64,000 nucleotides of DNA. It comes from an uncultured Dehalococcoidia bacterium (GTDB taxonomy: Bacteria; Chloroflexota; Dehalococcoidia; Dehalococcoidales; UBA1222). A model generated the notes under the pieces. The model searched no databases and was not told where the DNA came from. It was given only the letters and a program-made list of their open reading frames with translations. Location: positions 70,992-134,991 of the forward strand of contig CAIMVG010000021.1 in NCBI GenBank assembly GCA_903844845.1. Reading direction: 5' to 3'. The position numbers were made by a program, and so were the translations under genes. How positions within the stretch are numbered: the first letter of the stretch is position 1; each line of letters opens with the position of its first letter. Positions 34,511 to 44,011 of this stretch are shown one piece after another.

Positions 34511-36791
34511 ATAGTTCTCCTTTTTTTATCGGCAAAGTAAAATAGAAACGGCTGCCTTTGTTTTTTCCGTCGCTCTCCACCCAGATATTTCCTCCGTGAG
34601 TTTCGACGATACGTTTGCTGATTGCCAGTCCCAATCCGGTGCCCGGTGTTTTAGAAATCAGGCCGCTCTGGACTTGATAGAAATCGGTAAAAAGTTTATC
34701 GATGTGTTCGGGAGGAATCCCGATGCCGTTGTCGGCCACGCTGAAAACGAGGGTGTTATCGTCGTTGCGGCCCTGGATATTGATGCTGCCGCCATCCGGC
34801 GTAAATTTCACGGCGTTGGAGAGCAGATTGAACATAACCTGTTTGATCCTGCGCTCGTCTATCGAATATTCACGGGTTTGCAGTTCCGGGGATACCTGAA
34901 CATTAATCTTGATCCCTCGCCTGGCGGTTTTTTCCTTTACCATCAGGAGGCTGCTGTTTATCAGGTTCTGGATGTTTACGGGTGAAAATTGCAGTTCCAC
35001 CTTGCCTGCTTCTATCTTCGCAAGGTCGAGTACGTCATTGATGAGTTCCAGTAAATGCCGCCCGCTGGTCAGGATGTCATCGATATATCCGGATTGCTTT
35101 TCATTGAGAGGGCCGTATAATTTCTGTTCGAGAAGCTGGGAGAACCCCAGGATAGCACTGAGCGGGGTGCGGAGTTCGTGGGACATACTGGCCAGGAAAT
35201 CGCTCTTGGCTTGGTTCGAAGCATTGGCGGCCACCACAGCCTGTTCGAGCTGTTCCGTTCTCTCGGCAACCTTGGCTTCCAATCTCAGGTTAAGCAATTT
35301 GAGGTCCTGGTTCAGTCGTGCCAGGGACTCGGCCGCATTTTGACGCTCCGTGTTATCGATGAGAGTGCTCACGAGTTGTTTTCCGTTGGCATCGTCAGTT
35401 TGAACTATAGTATTCTGGGATGCCCAGAATTTCATGCCGTTATTGCGTTTCCAGATGGTTTCGAAATTTTTGACCACCCCGTCTTGCTCCAACTTCTGAA
35501 ACAGGCGTGTTCTTTCTTCAGGATCGGCATACAGCGACCACGCATAAAGGTCCTGGATCTCATTTTCCCCATGAAAACCGAACATCTCCAGGGCGGTCTT
35601 GTTTGCACTCAGTATCTTGCCGTTGGACAAGGACGTCACTATCCCGATAGGGGCATTTTCCACTAGGTTGCGGAACTTGGCTTCGGATATCCTGAGGGCC
35701 TCTTCGGCATGCTGGCGCTCGATGAGTTCGGTTTCGAGCACTGCTCTCCGGGTAGATTCGGCTTCAGCTTCCTTTTGCCGGGTGATGTCGTGCAGCATCA
35801 CCAGGTACCCGCTGATGCAGTTCCGCGTGACGATGGGAGAGGTGCGGAGTTCATAGCAGCGCTTGTCGGGGTTTCCATCTGGCGAGTGGATAATGATTTC
35901 CCTGGAATCGGCCTCGGCTTGACTCGGTTGTGGTTGGCCCGGCAAAACACGCTCATACGCCTGCCCGATGACGTCACGCGTCCCGCTGCCGAGAATAGCC
36001 CTTGCTACGTAATTGAGTTCAATCACGCGCAGTTCGCTATCCAATACCATCACGCCGTCGGACATGCTTTTAAAAACTACGTCGTAGGCCACCGGCATGA
36101 TATCCAGCAGGTGGAAGCGGGAAAGGCCCCAAAAAAAGGCGGCCCCGGTGATGGTAAAGGCAAATGGCGTCGGATCGATGGCCAGCACCGTGGTGCCGAG
36201 GTAAAAGACGTTGGCCACCCAGGGCACCGCGGTCCCCAGCAGGACGACGACGAGCTGTTTCCGGTAGATGCCTGACGATCGCGTGAACGAGCTGTACAGC
36301 ATGACCGTGCCAGCCAGGATGAGGCCGTAAGAGTAGGCTGTGTGGGCCCAGAACCAGTAACCATGAGTGACGGCGTCAACCGGAGGTGAGACTGATGTGT
36401 TTAGCCAGATGTCCTTCCACATCAGGTGGGTGGTGCCATTCGTCCAGACGTTTATCAGAGTGATTGCCGGGAGGATGCAAAGCAGGATCAGCCTGCCCCG
36501 CGTAAGCCACTTTTCACGCCCTGTGTATTCCAGCGTGAATACAAACCAGAAGACAGGCATGACGGTGATGCCGAAATAAGACAGGTTTATGCAGACTTTC
36601 TTGGCGTCGAGGCTGAGGGCGGAATATTCGGCCAATGCTGCCAGAGACCACCATGCCAGTGAAAGCATTAGAACCAGAAAGGACAGCGCCATAGTTTTTT
36701 TTCTGAATTTCCTCAATCTCAAAGCGAGCAGGGCCGCTCCGCAAAAAGCCGTCAGGGGCAACAGTGTATTGACGTTAATAATGAAGCGCAT
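34485..36791 (-). CDS. Sensor histidine kinase (N-terminal 7TM domain, two PAS-like domains, HisKA, HATPase_c)
   Basis: About 230 aa of seven hydrophobic helices; PAS-like segments; H box FLASMSHELRTPL; N box FNLLSNAVKFT; G boxes DNGIGI and GTGLGLAI. Confidence 0.9.
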   Translation of the reverse strand: MRFIINVNTLLPLTAFCGAALLALRLRKFRKKTMALSFLVLMLSLAWWSLAALAEYSALSLDAKKVCINLSYFGITVMPVFWFVFTLEYTGREKWLTRGRLILLCILPAITLINVWTNGTTHLMWKDIWLNTSVSPPVDAVTHGYWFWAHTAYSYGLILAGTVMLYSSFTRSSGIYRKQLVVVLLGTAVPWVANVFYLGTTVLAIDPTPFAFTITGAAFFWGLSRFHLLDIMPVAYDVVFKSMSDGVMVLDSELRVIELNYVARAILGSGTRDVIGQAYERVLPGQPQPSQAEADSREIIIHSPDGNPDKRCYELRTSPIVTRNCISGYLVMLHDITRQKEAEAESTRRAVLETELIERQHAEEALRISEAKFRNLVENAPIGIVTSLSNGKILSANKTALEMFGFHGENEIQDLYAWSLYADPEERTRLFQKLEQDGVVKNFETIWKRNNGMKFWASQNTIVQTDDANGKQLVSTLIDNTERQNAAESLARLNQDLKLLNLRLEAKVAERTEQLEQAVVAANASNQAKSDFLASMSHELRTPLSAILGFSQLLEQKLYGPLNEKQSGYIDDILTSGRHLLELINDVLDLAKIEAGKVELQFSPVNIQNLINSSLLMVKEKTARRGIKINVQVSPELQTREYSIDERRIKQVMFNLLSNAVKFTPDGGSINIQGRNDDNTLVFSVADNGIGIPPEHIDKLFTDFYQVQSGLISKTPGTGLGLAISKRIVETHGGNIWVESDGKNKGSRFYFTLPIKKGELCEEPACYR

Positions 36792-36793
36792 CT

Positions 36794-37843
36794 CTACCTC
36801 ACGAACGCAAGGACGGCTTCGGCCCCGGCACGGGGTCCTTGTTCTTGTATCACACCGAGAAAAGCTTCAACGATTTTCGGATCGAATTGCGATCCGGAAC
36901 ACCTCATGATTTCGGCGATCGCCTGTTCGCGGGGGGTCCCGGGTCGGTATGGCCGGTCTGAAGTCATGGCGTCAAAACTGTCGGCAACGGCAACTATCCC
37001 CGTCCCTAAAGGCCATCCTTCGCCGGGTGCGGCTTGATTAAGCCCCTTGCCGTCGAAACGGTCGTGATGGTGGGCTATGATTTCGATGACTCTGCGGCTC
37101 GCGACCGGGCGGACGATGCCGGCCCCGACGATGGCGTGGGTCATAACGTGCGTGTATTCATCGGGTGTCAAAGTGTCGGGTTTGTTCTGGACAGCCGGGT
37201 TGACGGCGATTTTCCCCACGTCGTGCAGCAAGGCCCCCCAGCGGAGGTCTTCCAACTGATCTTCGGATATACCTACTTTTTCACCTATCAGGCAAGACAG
37301 TTCGCTGACCCTGCGCGAGTGCCCGCCCGTGTATGCGTCTTTAGCTTCCAGAGCCGAAACCAGCGATTCCACGGAATGCAGGAATGTCTCTCTTATCTTT
37401 TGTTTTTGGTCTTCAACCGTGTGTTCGAGCCCGCAATGGTACAGCCGGATCTTAAGTTCCAGCCGTTTCATTTCGAGGACCTTGTTAACGCTCTGCACGA
37501 CCTGGTCCAGGTCGAAGGGTTTTCCGACATAATCATCGGCGCCGTTTTTCATGCAGTCGATGATGATGCGGGGTTCGGATACCGCTGTGGCCATAATGAT
37601 GCCCGTGTCGGGATATTCGGATTGGATTTCGGGCACCAGCGCCTGCCCCGATTTGCCCGGCATCATCACGTCGAGGATGACGAGTTCGGGCGGGCTTTCC
37701 CTTATCTTGCTCATGGCTTCGAACGCGTCGCCGGCTTCGAGGCAAAAATAGCCTTCGAAGTCCAATCTGTCCTTCAGTATCCTTCGCATGAAAGGTTCGT
37801 CGTCAACGACCAGTATTGTGGTTTCAGGTGCCGATAGACTCAT
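36794..37843 (-). CDS. Response regulator with HD-GYP-type HD domain (GYP motif degenerate)
   Basis: REC: ILVVDDEP...LVILDVMMPG. HD domain: GGHSRRV...LLHDVGKI...HHHDRFDGKGL...VADSFDAMTSDRPYR. The canonical GYP is replaced by GKGL. Confidence 0.85.
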   Translation of the reverse strand: MSLSAPETTILVVDDEPFMRRILKDRLDFEGYFCLEAGDAFEAMSKIRESPPELVILDVMMPGKSGQALVPEIQSEYPDTGIIMATAVSEPRIIIDCMKNGADDYVGKPFDLDQVVQSVNKVLEMKRLELKIRLYHCGLEHTVEDQKQKIRETFLHSVESLVSALEAKDAYTGGHSRRVSELSCLIGEKVGISEDQLEDLRWGALLHDVGKIAVNPAVQNKPDTLTPDEYTHVMTHAIVGAGIVRPVASRRVIEIIAHHHDRFDGKGLNQAAPGEGWPLGTGIVAVADSFDAMTSDRPYRPGTPREQAIAEIMRCSGSQFDPKIVEAFLGVIQEQGPRAGAEAVLAFVR

Positions 37844-38182
37844 TGGTTCTTACAGCCTCGATAAACATATGAATGGGCAGGGTCCTTGTTTTGTCGACCT
37901 TGCTCAATGATGATTGTTGCGCTGTCTTTTTAATACCACTCCGAGGCGCATTTCATCAGTACTTTGGGTTCGACATCGTGAGCCGAATGCACTATTTCTT
38001 TTTTCGCTGCGGCAAGGTTAGTAAAATGCATGGAACGAGGTGTAAAACTGCCGGATCCAGCCGGGGAGTGACAGGAGGGAAAAAGAGGTCAAACGAGAAC
38101 AACGGCAATTCGGACGGTGAACCAAATGGTTCATCGCCGTCCGGTCTAACCAAAGCTTCCGGCAGGGGATACGGCGTTTTTG

Positions 38183-38683
38183 TTAGAAAATATGAAGGAC
38201 GGTCATGACATGAAAGAAGACGAGCAGATAAAAGGTGACCACCAGGCTGACATGCAGGTACCTGAACGCCGGCCGGTACCTGCCGCTGAAGCGGAACCTC
38301 ATGACGAAACCGGTGATCAGGAGGAACATCAGGGATATGTAGAGCGTCGGGCCGAGAAAGTCCAGGGCTACTTTAATGAACCGGACCGGCGTCTGGAACG
38401 TAGCGTGAAAGGTGATGAGCAATAAAGCCAATATGTTTCCGAAAACATGGAGTTTCATGATTGGCTGGTATTTTTCATTGAGCCTGTGCTTCGTATAAAA
38501 AAATACGGGGGTGCTTAAAGCCAGGTAGACGGCGGCTGTGACGGCCAGCCAATGGAAAATATCCTGATTGCCGGCGATCACGGCCCCGCCGCTGGCGGGA
38601 TTAAACAATATCAGGACTGCAGGCATGAAGGCTATCAAAATGGCGGCGATCCAGAATTCGATGCTTTCCAGGGGTTTTTTCAT
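38183..38683 (-). CDS. Hypothetical integral membrane protein (166 aa, His-rich TM helices)
   Basis: Five hydrophobic segments with conserved-looking His residues (HW, HVFG, FHATF, HVS, FHVM). A heme-binding role is speculative. Confidence 0.55.
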   Translation of the reverse strand: MKKPLESIEFWIAAILIAFMPAVLILFNPASGGAVIAGNQDIFHWLAVTAAVYLALSTPVFFYTKHRLNEKYQPIMKLHVFGNILALLLITFHATFQTPVRFIKVALDFLGPTLYISLMFLLITGFVMRFRFSGRYRPAFRYLHVSLVVTFYLLVFFHVMTVLHIF

Positions 38684-38853
38684 CCAGGTTCCTTCTATGC
38701 GTGCGGATGGCGATATTTTACTCTTACCGGGCAGTTTGCCACAACCAGATTCAATATAATGGTCAAGAAAACCAGGATGGGTATCTGTTTTTAGCCGTAA
38801 AACCTGTGCATGCGCAGGTTTTACGGCTGATCTCGAAGGCTATCAATAATTTG

Positions 38854-39288
38854 TCAGGCAGTGAGACCGCTGTCTTTGTTTCGATTCCTGATCGCCTCGA
38901 TACGGGCAACCAGTTCGTCCGGGTTGAAAGGTTTGTGCAGGTAGTCATCCGCGCCCGGCCGGAGTTCCTTGATGACCACGTCCTGGGCGTCAACCGCCGT
39001 CAGGATGATGACGGGTACGGATGAAAACTTGCGGATCTCTTTTAGCAGCCCCGGCCCGTCCAGGCGGGGCATTATCAGGTCGATGATGACCAGGTCGGGC
39101 ACTTTATCCTTAATCATTTCGAGGGCCTGAACACCGTCGGTGGCCGTCGATACCTGGTAGCCCGAGACTTTAAGCTTGATACCGACGAAAGCCAGGATAT
39201 ACTCTTCGTCATCCGCTATGAGTACGGAGAAAGGCCTCTTCGGCTTTTTCCCTGAGTATGCTTCCGTTCTGGATGAATCAGTATTCAC
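38854..39288 (-). CDS. Single-domain response regulator (REC only)
   Basis: VLIADDEE...DLVIIDLIMPRLDG...PVIILTA...K, 144 aa. Confidence 0.88.
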   Translation of the reverse strand: MNTDSSRTEAYSGKKPKRPFSVLIADDEEYILAFVGIKLKVSGYQVSTATDGVQALEMIKDKVPDLVIIDLIMPRLDGPGLLKEIRKFSSVPVIILTAVDAQDVVIKELRPGADDYLHKPFNPDELVARIEAIRNRNKDSGLTA

Positions 39289-39416
39289 TACTTTTTCTTC
39301 AACTATTTTCCTCGCTTCAGTATGGGATAAAAAGATGAAATAGTTATAAAATATACCCTGATTAAATGAAAAATATATGAAATCTCAAGAGATGGACAAA
39401 CAGGTTTAAACGGGGA

Positions 39417-39782
39417 TCAACCCGTTATCTTTTGAACCAGCGGGATGATCAGGAAGATGACCCCGACTGCCAGTGCAGCGGCGGCGGTGACCAGGACGGC
39501 GGCGGCGGAGAGGTCTTTCTCCCGTTTTACGAACTCGTTGTATGCCCCTCCGGAAAACCCATCCCCCAGCCGTTCGAGGGCCGTGTTGAAAAGTTCGGCG
39601 GCCAGAACCAGGCCGATGGACAGGAGGACGATCCCCCATGAAGAAAGGGAGATATCGTCGTAAAGGCCGATACCGACTGCGATTACCGCCGCCAGCAGGT
39701 GCAGGCGGAAGCTCTGTTCGGTTTTAACGGCAGCCCGCAGGCCTGCCAGTGCGAAGAAAAAGCTCCTGAAGAAACGTTTCAT
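39417..39782 (-). CDS. dgkA: Diacylglycerol kinase family protein (prokaryotic DgkA type)
   Basis: 121 aa, three TM helices, F..A..G.......E..FR.H and AELFNTALE motif. Confidence 0.85.
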   Translation of the reverse strand: MKRFFRSFFFALAGLRAAVKTEQSFRLHLLAAVIAVGIGLYDDISLSSWGIVLLSIGLVLAAELFNTALERLGDGFSGGAYNEFVKREKDLSAAAVLVTAAAALAVGVIFLIIPLVQKITG

Positions 39783-39800
39783 ATCCTGTTCAGTATAGCG

Positions 39801-41504
39801 CTATCTTCCTCTGAAGATTTCGAAAAGCGAGTTCACGTATCTCAGTTTCGTTTTTCCCACCGGCAGTTTAAGCTGGTGCCGCTCCACCACCGCCATCCCG
39901 TTGATGCGGTCAAGTTCGGGTTTCAGCGCCAATATCCCGGCGTTGTCGCCGGCCTGTTCGAGGGCCGATATCCTCTTTTCCATCTCCACCGCTTTGCCGA
40001 TGCGCGAAACCTGGGCGTCCGCCATTGCGGGGGTTATCTGCCCGTATTTTTCTTTAAGCCTGGTCAGGCCCGATATGGCGCCGTAAGTGGCGTCGACTAT
40101 CTGCTGCCGGCTCATCCAGTCGGTCTCGTAATTGAGTGTGTCTTTCCATTCGGGCATGGCCAGTGCCCTGCGGTGATCTTCCAGGGTGCGGTGGATAAGC
40201 TTGTAGCCGTGGCGCCCGGGGTTTTCGAAGGCCAGGCTTCCGGGGTCGAGGAAGGGCGATAGCGGCCCGATGAACAGGAACAGCCGCTTGCCTGCCCCGA
40301 ATTTCTTGTAAAGGTGCTCGCAGTAATCCAGCGTCTGGCTGACCGATTCCGTGGTCTGTTCCGGCAGGCCGATCATGAAATATATCTCCAGGCGCGACGC
40401 CCCGAGTTCGAGGGCCTTTCCAATGCTGGTTTCGAGGTCCTCGTTGGTGTAATTCAAGCCGAGCGCATGCCTGACTTTGGGGTCGTGGGAGTGGGGAGAG
40501 ATATCGATGGCGAAACCGGGCTTGGCCCGGGCGATGGCTTCCAGGAACTGCTGACCTGGAGGGCTGAAAAGCTCGAAATCGACGGTGTTCTTGACCGGGT
40601 TTTTCTCCATCAGCTTCAGCAGTTCGTACGCTCGTTCCTCACCGCCCATGCGGATATCCCCGAGGATGAATATGGGCCCGCCGCTGAGGCGACTGATGTT
40701 CTGGATGTCCTTGAACATGTCGCCTGCCGTTCGGAAGGCGGTTTTGCTGCGCCCCACGGTGCGGCGCATGGCCGAATTGGAACCGCCGCAGAAGATGCAG
40801 TTGTGGTCGCAGCCCTTGCAGGTGAGCACCGCTGTGACGGGGTAGTTGAGCCATTCTTTGACGGGGATAGTGCTGGCCAGGTCGCGGTAGCGCAGGACCG
40901 AGCGCACGACGGCCGAGTAATGGTTCTGCATGACGTCGCTGATGTTATCGGGGATAAAACTGAGGCCGTTGTCATGTACTTCCCCGCTTTCGTCCTTCCA
41001 CACCAGGTTGGGGATGGAAGCGACGTTTCCTTTCAGGAATTCCCCCATGAAAAGGCGCATGGGCTCCTCGGTTGAATCCCCCCGCATGACATAATCCACC
41101 TCGGGGTAGGCGATCAGCTCTTTCCAGAAATAAGAGGCGGAAAACCCGCCGAAGATGACCTTCGAACGCGGGTGGTGCCTCTTGACCAGCCTGGCGATTT
41201 CGATGGCCCCGTGGGCGTGCACCAGCCAGTGGAGGTCGATGCCGAATAGAGGTGCGTCGAGTTTCCTTATGAAGTCTTCGGCGTCGAAGCGGGCATCTTT
41301 CAGCATGCGCCCGGCCAGGTTCACTACCCTGACATGGTATCCCGCTTTGCCCAGGTACTCCGCCAGGCTCGAGAATCCTATCGGGTACATCTCGAAAGCG
41401 GGCGTGGACAAAACGAGGTCGCTTACCGGCCCGTAAAGCTGGGGCACTTTACGGAAATCGTAAACGTGAGGAGCGTGAAGAAGTATCAGGTCCGTTCCGG
41501 CCAT
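39801..41504 (-). CDS. B12-binding domain / radical SAM domain protein (class B), paralog 1
   Basis: N-terminal Rossmann-like cobalamin-binding region (DLILLHAPHVYDF...GIDLHW..HAHG) and radical SAM cluster CDHNCIFC. About 60% identical by eye to 44012..45748. Confidence 0.85.
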   Translation of the reverse strand: MAGTDLILLHAPHVYDFRKVPQLYGPVSDLVLSTPAFEMYPIGFSSLAEYLGKAGYHVRVVNLAGRMLKDARFDAEDFIRKLDAPLFGIDLHWLVHAHGAIEIARLVKRHHPRSKVIFGGFSASYFWKELIAYPEVDYVMRGDSTEEPMRLFMGEFLKGNVASIPNLVWKDESGEVHDNGLSFIPDNISDVMQNHYSAVVRSVLRYRDLASTIPVKEWLNYPVTAVLTCKGCDHNCIFCGGSNSAMRRTVGRSKTAFRTAGDMFKDIQNISRLSGGPIFILGDIRMGGEERAYELLKLMEKNPVKNTVDFELFSPPGQQFLEAIARAKPGFAIDISPHSHDPKVRHALGLNYTNEDLETSIGKALELGASRLEIYFMIGLPEQTTESVSQTLDYCEHLYKKFGAGKRLFLFIGPLSPFLDPGSLAFENPGRHGYKLIHRTLEDHRRALAMPEWKDTLNYETDWMSRQQIVDATYGAISGLTRLKEKYGQITPAMADAQVSRIGKAVEMEKRISALEQAGDNAGILALKPELDRINGMAVVERHQLKLPVGKTKLRYVNSLFEIFRGR

Positions 41505-41520
41505 CGTTCTCCCTGCCCGC

Positions 41521-42258
41521 CTACATCTTACTCGAAAGCAGCACTTTTTCTTTGGTCAGGGTGCGCGAGAGGATGAGATCAATCACGGTGCAAAGGAGCA
41601 CGATGGCCGCGTAAACCAGGGGGAAGAACGCGAAAGACACTCCGAGGCCCCCGATGGTCTGCACGCCGACTACCAGCAGTATGAAAATGGCGGTGAAGAT
41701 GAAATTGGCGATCCTCGGGTTAGAGATGACAAGTTGTATGAAGATGACGATGCTCACGACGGCGAATATCAGCACAGGGATGATGACGACGGCCGAAAGT
41801 ATCGCCAGGAGGTCGGGGAAGATAAAGGCATGGGTGTTGGGTATGACGAACGCGAAGTTCAGCGCCAGGTAAGCCAGGACCGAGATGGCGAGGCCCACGA
41901 GCACGCTCGGGAGGGTCACGGCGAGCGATTTGCCTAACCATAACTGGGTGATGCTGATGGGGGTGGCCATCAGCGATTCTATATTGCGCTTGGCTTTATC
42001 GACGATCACTGAATAGGTGGCGAAGATGGAACAGACGAATATCGAGTACATCATTGGCAGTATATACGCCAGCCCGCTTACGAACCTGCGGCTGAATTCG
42101 TCGACCAGCTGGGGCGAAGACAGGGAATCGATGGCCTTTGTGTACGCCTGGGCGTAATTCAGTGATACGAACATCATGACCAGGATGAACACGTAGGTGC
42201 TGCGGCTGCGAAAAGCCTCGCGTATGTCCTTGCGGGCGATTATCCAGATCTTGTTCAT
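41521..42258 (-). CDS. ABC-2 family transporter permease
   Basis: 245 aa, six hydrophobic segments. Starts 2 nt after the upstream ATPase gene's stop. Confidence 0.75.
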   Translation of the reverse strand: MNKIWIIARKDIREAFRSRSTYVFILVMMFVSLNYAQAYTKAIDSLSSPQLVDEFSRRFVSGLAYILPMMYSIFVCSIFATYSVIVDKAKRNIESLMATPISITQLWLGKSLAVTLPSVLVGLAISVLAYLALNFAFVIPNTHAFIFPDLLAILSAVVIIPVLIFAVVSIVIFIQLVISNPRIANFIFTAIFILLVVGVQTIGGLGVSFAFFPLVYAAIVLLCTVIDLILSRTLTKEKVLLSSKM

Positions 42259-42259
42259 T

Positions 42260-43189
42260 TTATTTCTGCTCCGCTTCCCTGACGATGGTGGTATACATCT
42301 CCTCGAGGGAGGCTTCCTGTTTTTTGACCCCTTCTATCCTGGCCCCGCGCGAGGCGAGCAGCGTCACGACGGCTGACACGTCCGCTTCCGGCGAATTCAT
42401 CAGGCTCAGGCGGTTCCCGTCTTGTTCGCCGACTTTGAAGCCGGGCAGACCGGCGATTTCCGCTATCAGCGAGGCGGTTACCGGTTCGGCGGTTTCTATC
42501 TGGACCCCGCCGTGCCCCATCTCCCGCTGAAGCTGGTCTTTCTCTCCGTAGAGGCGTATATCACCCTTGTGTATCAGCGCGATGCGGTTGCAGATGCGCT
42601 GGACCTCGTCGAGGTTGTGGGAGCTTAAAAGGATGGTTTTGCCCCGTTTGTGTATCAGGTCGAGCATCAACTCGCGTATGTCTATCTGGCCGGTGGGGTC
42701 GACGCCCGCAGTTGGTTCGTCGAGCACCAGTAGTTCAGGGTCGGGTGCGAGCGCCCTTGCCAGGGCCAGCCTCTGCCGCATGCCCTTGGAATAGGAGGAT
42801 ACCTTGTCGCTGCCCCTGTCCGCCAGGCCGACCAGCTTGAGCGCCGCATCGATCTTTTCGGCGGGTTTGTCTACCCCGTAGAGGCGGGCATAATATAACA
42901 GGTTGTTCCAGGCGGTCATGTTGTCGTAAAGGCCGTCTGCTTCAAGGACGAAACCTATTTTGCGCCGGGCGTTGTCGTCCTGGGCGTCCTTTCCGAGGAC
43001 GGAAACCGTGCCGGAGGTAGCCTTCATTAGCCCCAGGATGATGCGGATGGTGGTCGTTTTGCCTGCCCCGTTGGGGCCGAGGTATCCGAAGATGTCCCCG
43101 CGCATGACGGAGAGGGTGACATCCTTCAGTATCTGTCGCCCTCCCAGCGATTTGTCTATATGTTCCAGGCTGATTACAGGGTCTGCCAT
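42260..43189 (-). CDS. ABC transporter ATP-binding protein
   Basis: Walker A GPNGAGKTTT, signature YSKGMRQR, Walker B LLVLDEPT, plus a C-terminal extra domain. Confidence 0.9.
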   Translation of the reverse strand: MADPVISLEHIDKSLGGRQILKDVTLSVMRGDIFGYLGPNGAGKTTTIRIILGLMKATSGTVSVLGKDAQDDNARRKIGFVLEADGLYDNMTAWNNLLYYARLYGVDKPAEKIDAALKLVGLADRGSDKVSSYSKGMRQRLALARALAPDPELLVLDEPTAGVDPTGQIDIRELMLDLIHKRGKTILLSSHNLDEVQRICNRIALIHKGDIRLYGEKDQLQREMGHGGVQIETAEPVTASLIAEIAGLPGFKVGEQDGNRLSLMNSPEADVSAVVTLLASRGARIEGVKKQEASLEEMYTTIVREAEQK

Positions 43190-43403
43190 TATTTCTTCAC
43201 CTCTGGGAGTTTAGATTGTCCGTTCCTGGTGTACAGGAGTTGCCAATCGAACCATTCTAGCACCAGCGCCGCCTGTTGGGAAAGAACACTGGGAACCGCG
43301 GTTCCGGACCCATCGGTCAAAAAGACGGGACTGCGGATCCTTTGTGCCCGTAGCAGGCCTTGTTAGAATGTAATCAACATTCGAAACGGTTTTCGGAGCG
43401 AAT

Positions 43404-43568
43404 ATGGTTTTTAGCAGGTTCCTCGGCGCTGGGAGCGCTTTGTTGATCACGGCAATCCTGTTTATTTCGTTCTCGGCCGGTCCGGGAGCGCCGATGAAGT
43501 CCGCGCAATCCCTGGGACAAGCAGTTCAGGGCGGCATGACCGTTACGAACGTGCTCGCGGGCGGATAG
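43404..43568 (+). CDS. Candidate small ORF (54 aa, signal-peptide-like N-terminus), not in the ORF track
   Basis: ATG at 43404 follows GGAG with a 5-nt spacer. An extended -10-like TGTTAGAAT lies at 43361-43369. Product: MVFSRFLGAGSALLITAILFISFSAGPGAPMKSAQSLGQAVQGGMTVTNVLAGG. The hairpin-repeat cluster begins about 40 nt after its stop. Confidence 0.35.
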   Translation: MVFSRFLGAGSALLITAILFISFSAGPGAPMKSAQSLGQAVQGGMTVTNVLAGG

Positions 43569-43610
43569 CTCGCCGTCCCCTTTTATTGTTCGGGCGGTTC
43601 CCCCCTGGTT

Positions 43611-43910
43611 TGTCATGCCGGAGCGCAAATCCGGCATCCATTGCCACTGCCTTGCCGAACGGGGCGGGACCATGTCGATGTTGGCGATGTTAGCCCATCT
43701 CCCGGTTTAACCGCAGTATGTTCTTCGACATCACATTTTTTCTTGTCATCCCGGGCCGCGACCCGGGATCCAAAACAAATTCCTCGTTTCGTTCATGTTC
43801 CTATTTCCCCCGGGTTGTTCCACGAGGTTCTTGTCCTCGAGGGATCCAGAACTTGGATGCGGGGTGGTTTCTCCTCTCGTTTGTCATGCGCCGCCCGCTG
43901 GCGTCATTAG
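43611..43910 (+). repeat. Cluster of four forward-oriented hairpin repeats with different stems
   Basis: 43611 GTCAT|GCCGGA..TCCGGC|ATCCAT. 43743 GTCAT|CCCGGG..CCCGGG|ATCCAA. 43820 CCACGAGG..CCTCGAGG|GATCCAGAA. 43881 GTCAT|GCGCC..GGCGTC|ATTAG. Confidence 0.8.
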
Positions 43911-44011
43911 TCAAAAGTTATGCAAAATGTTATAATCGCATTCTGATTCAGGCGTGTGATTTCCGTTGACCCTGCCCGTAATCTCATTTTTCCCGGTATT
44001 ATTAAACAGGA

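Noticed and set aside
37873-38208. 111-aa plus-strand ORF upstream of the two-component operon
   Set aside because: It lies in the promoter region, overlaps the 3' end of the minus-strand membrane-protein gene at 38183, and has low-complexity Gly/Ser/Asn content and no RBS.
43643-43649. GCCACTG string resembling the cobalamin-riboswitch B12 box, upstream of a B12-binding radical SAM gene
   Set aside because: I could not find the other conserved cobalamin-riboswitch elements around it. The heptamer lies 2 nt downstream of the 3' flank (ATCCAT) of a dispersed hairpin repeat. A covariance-model scan (Rfam RF00174) would settle it.
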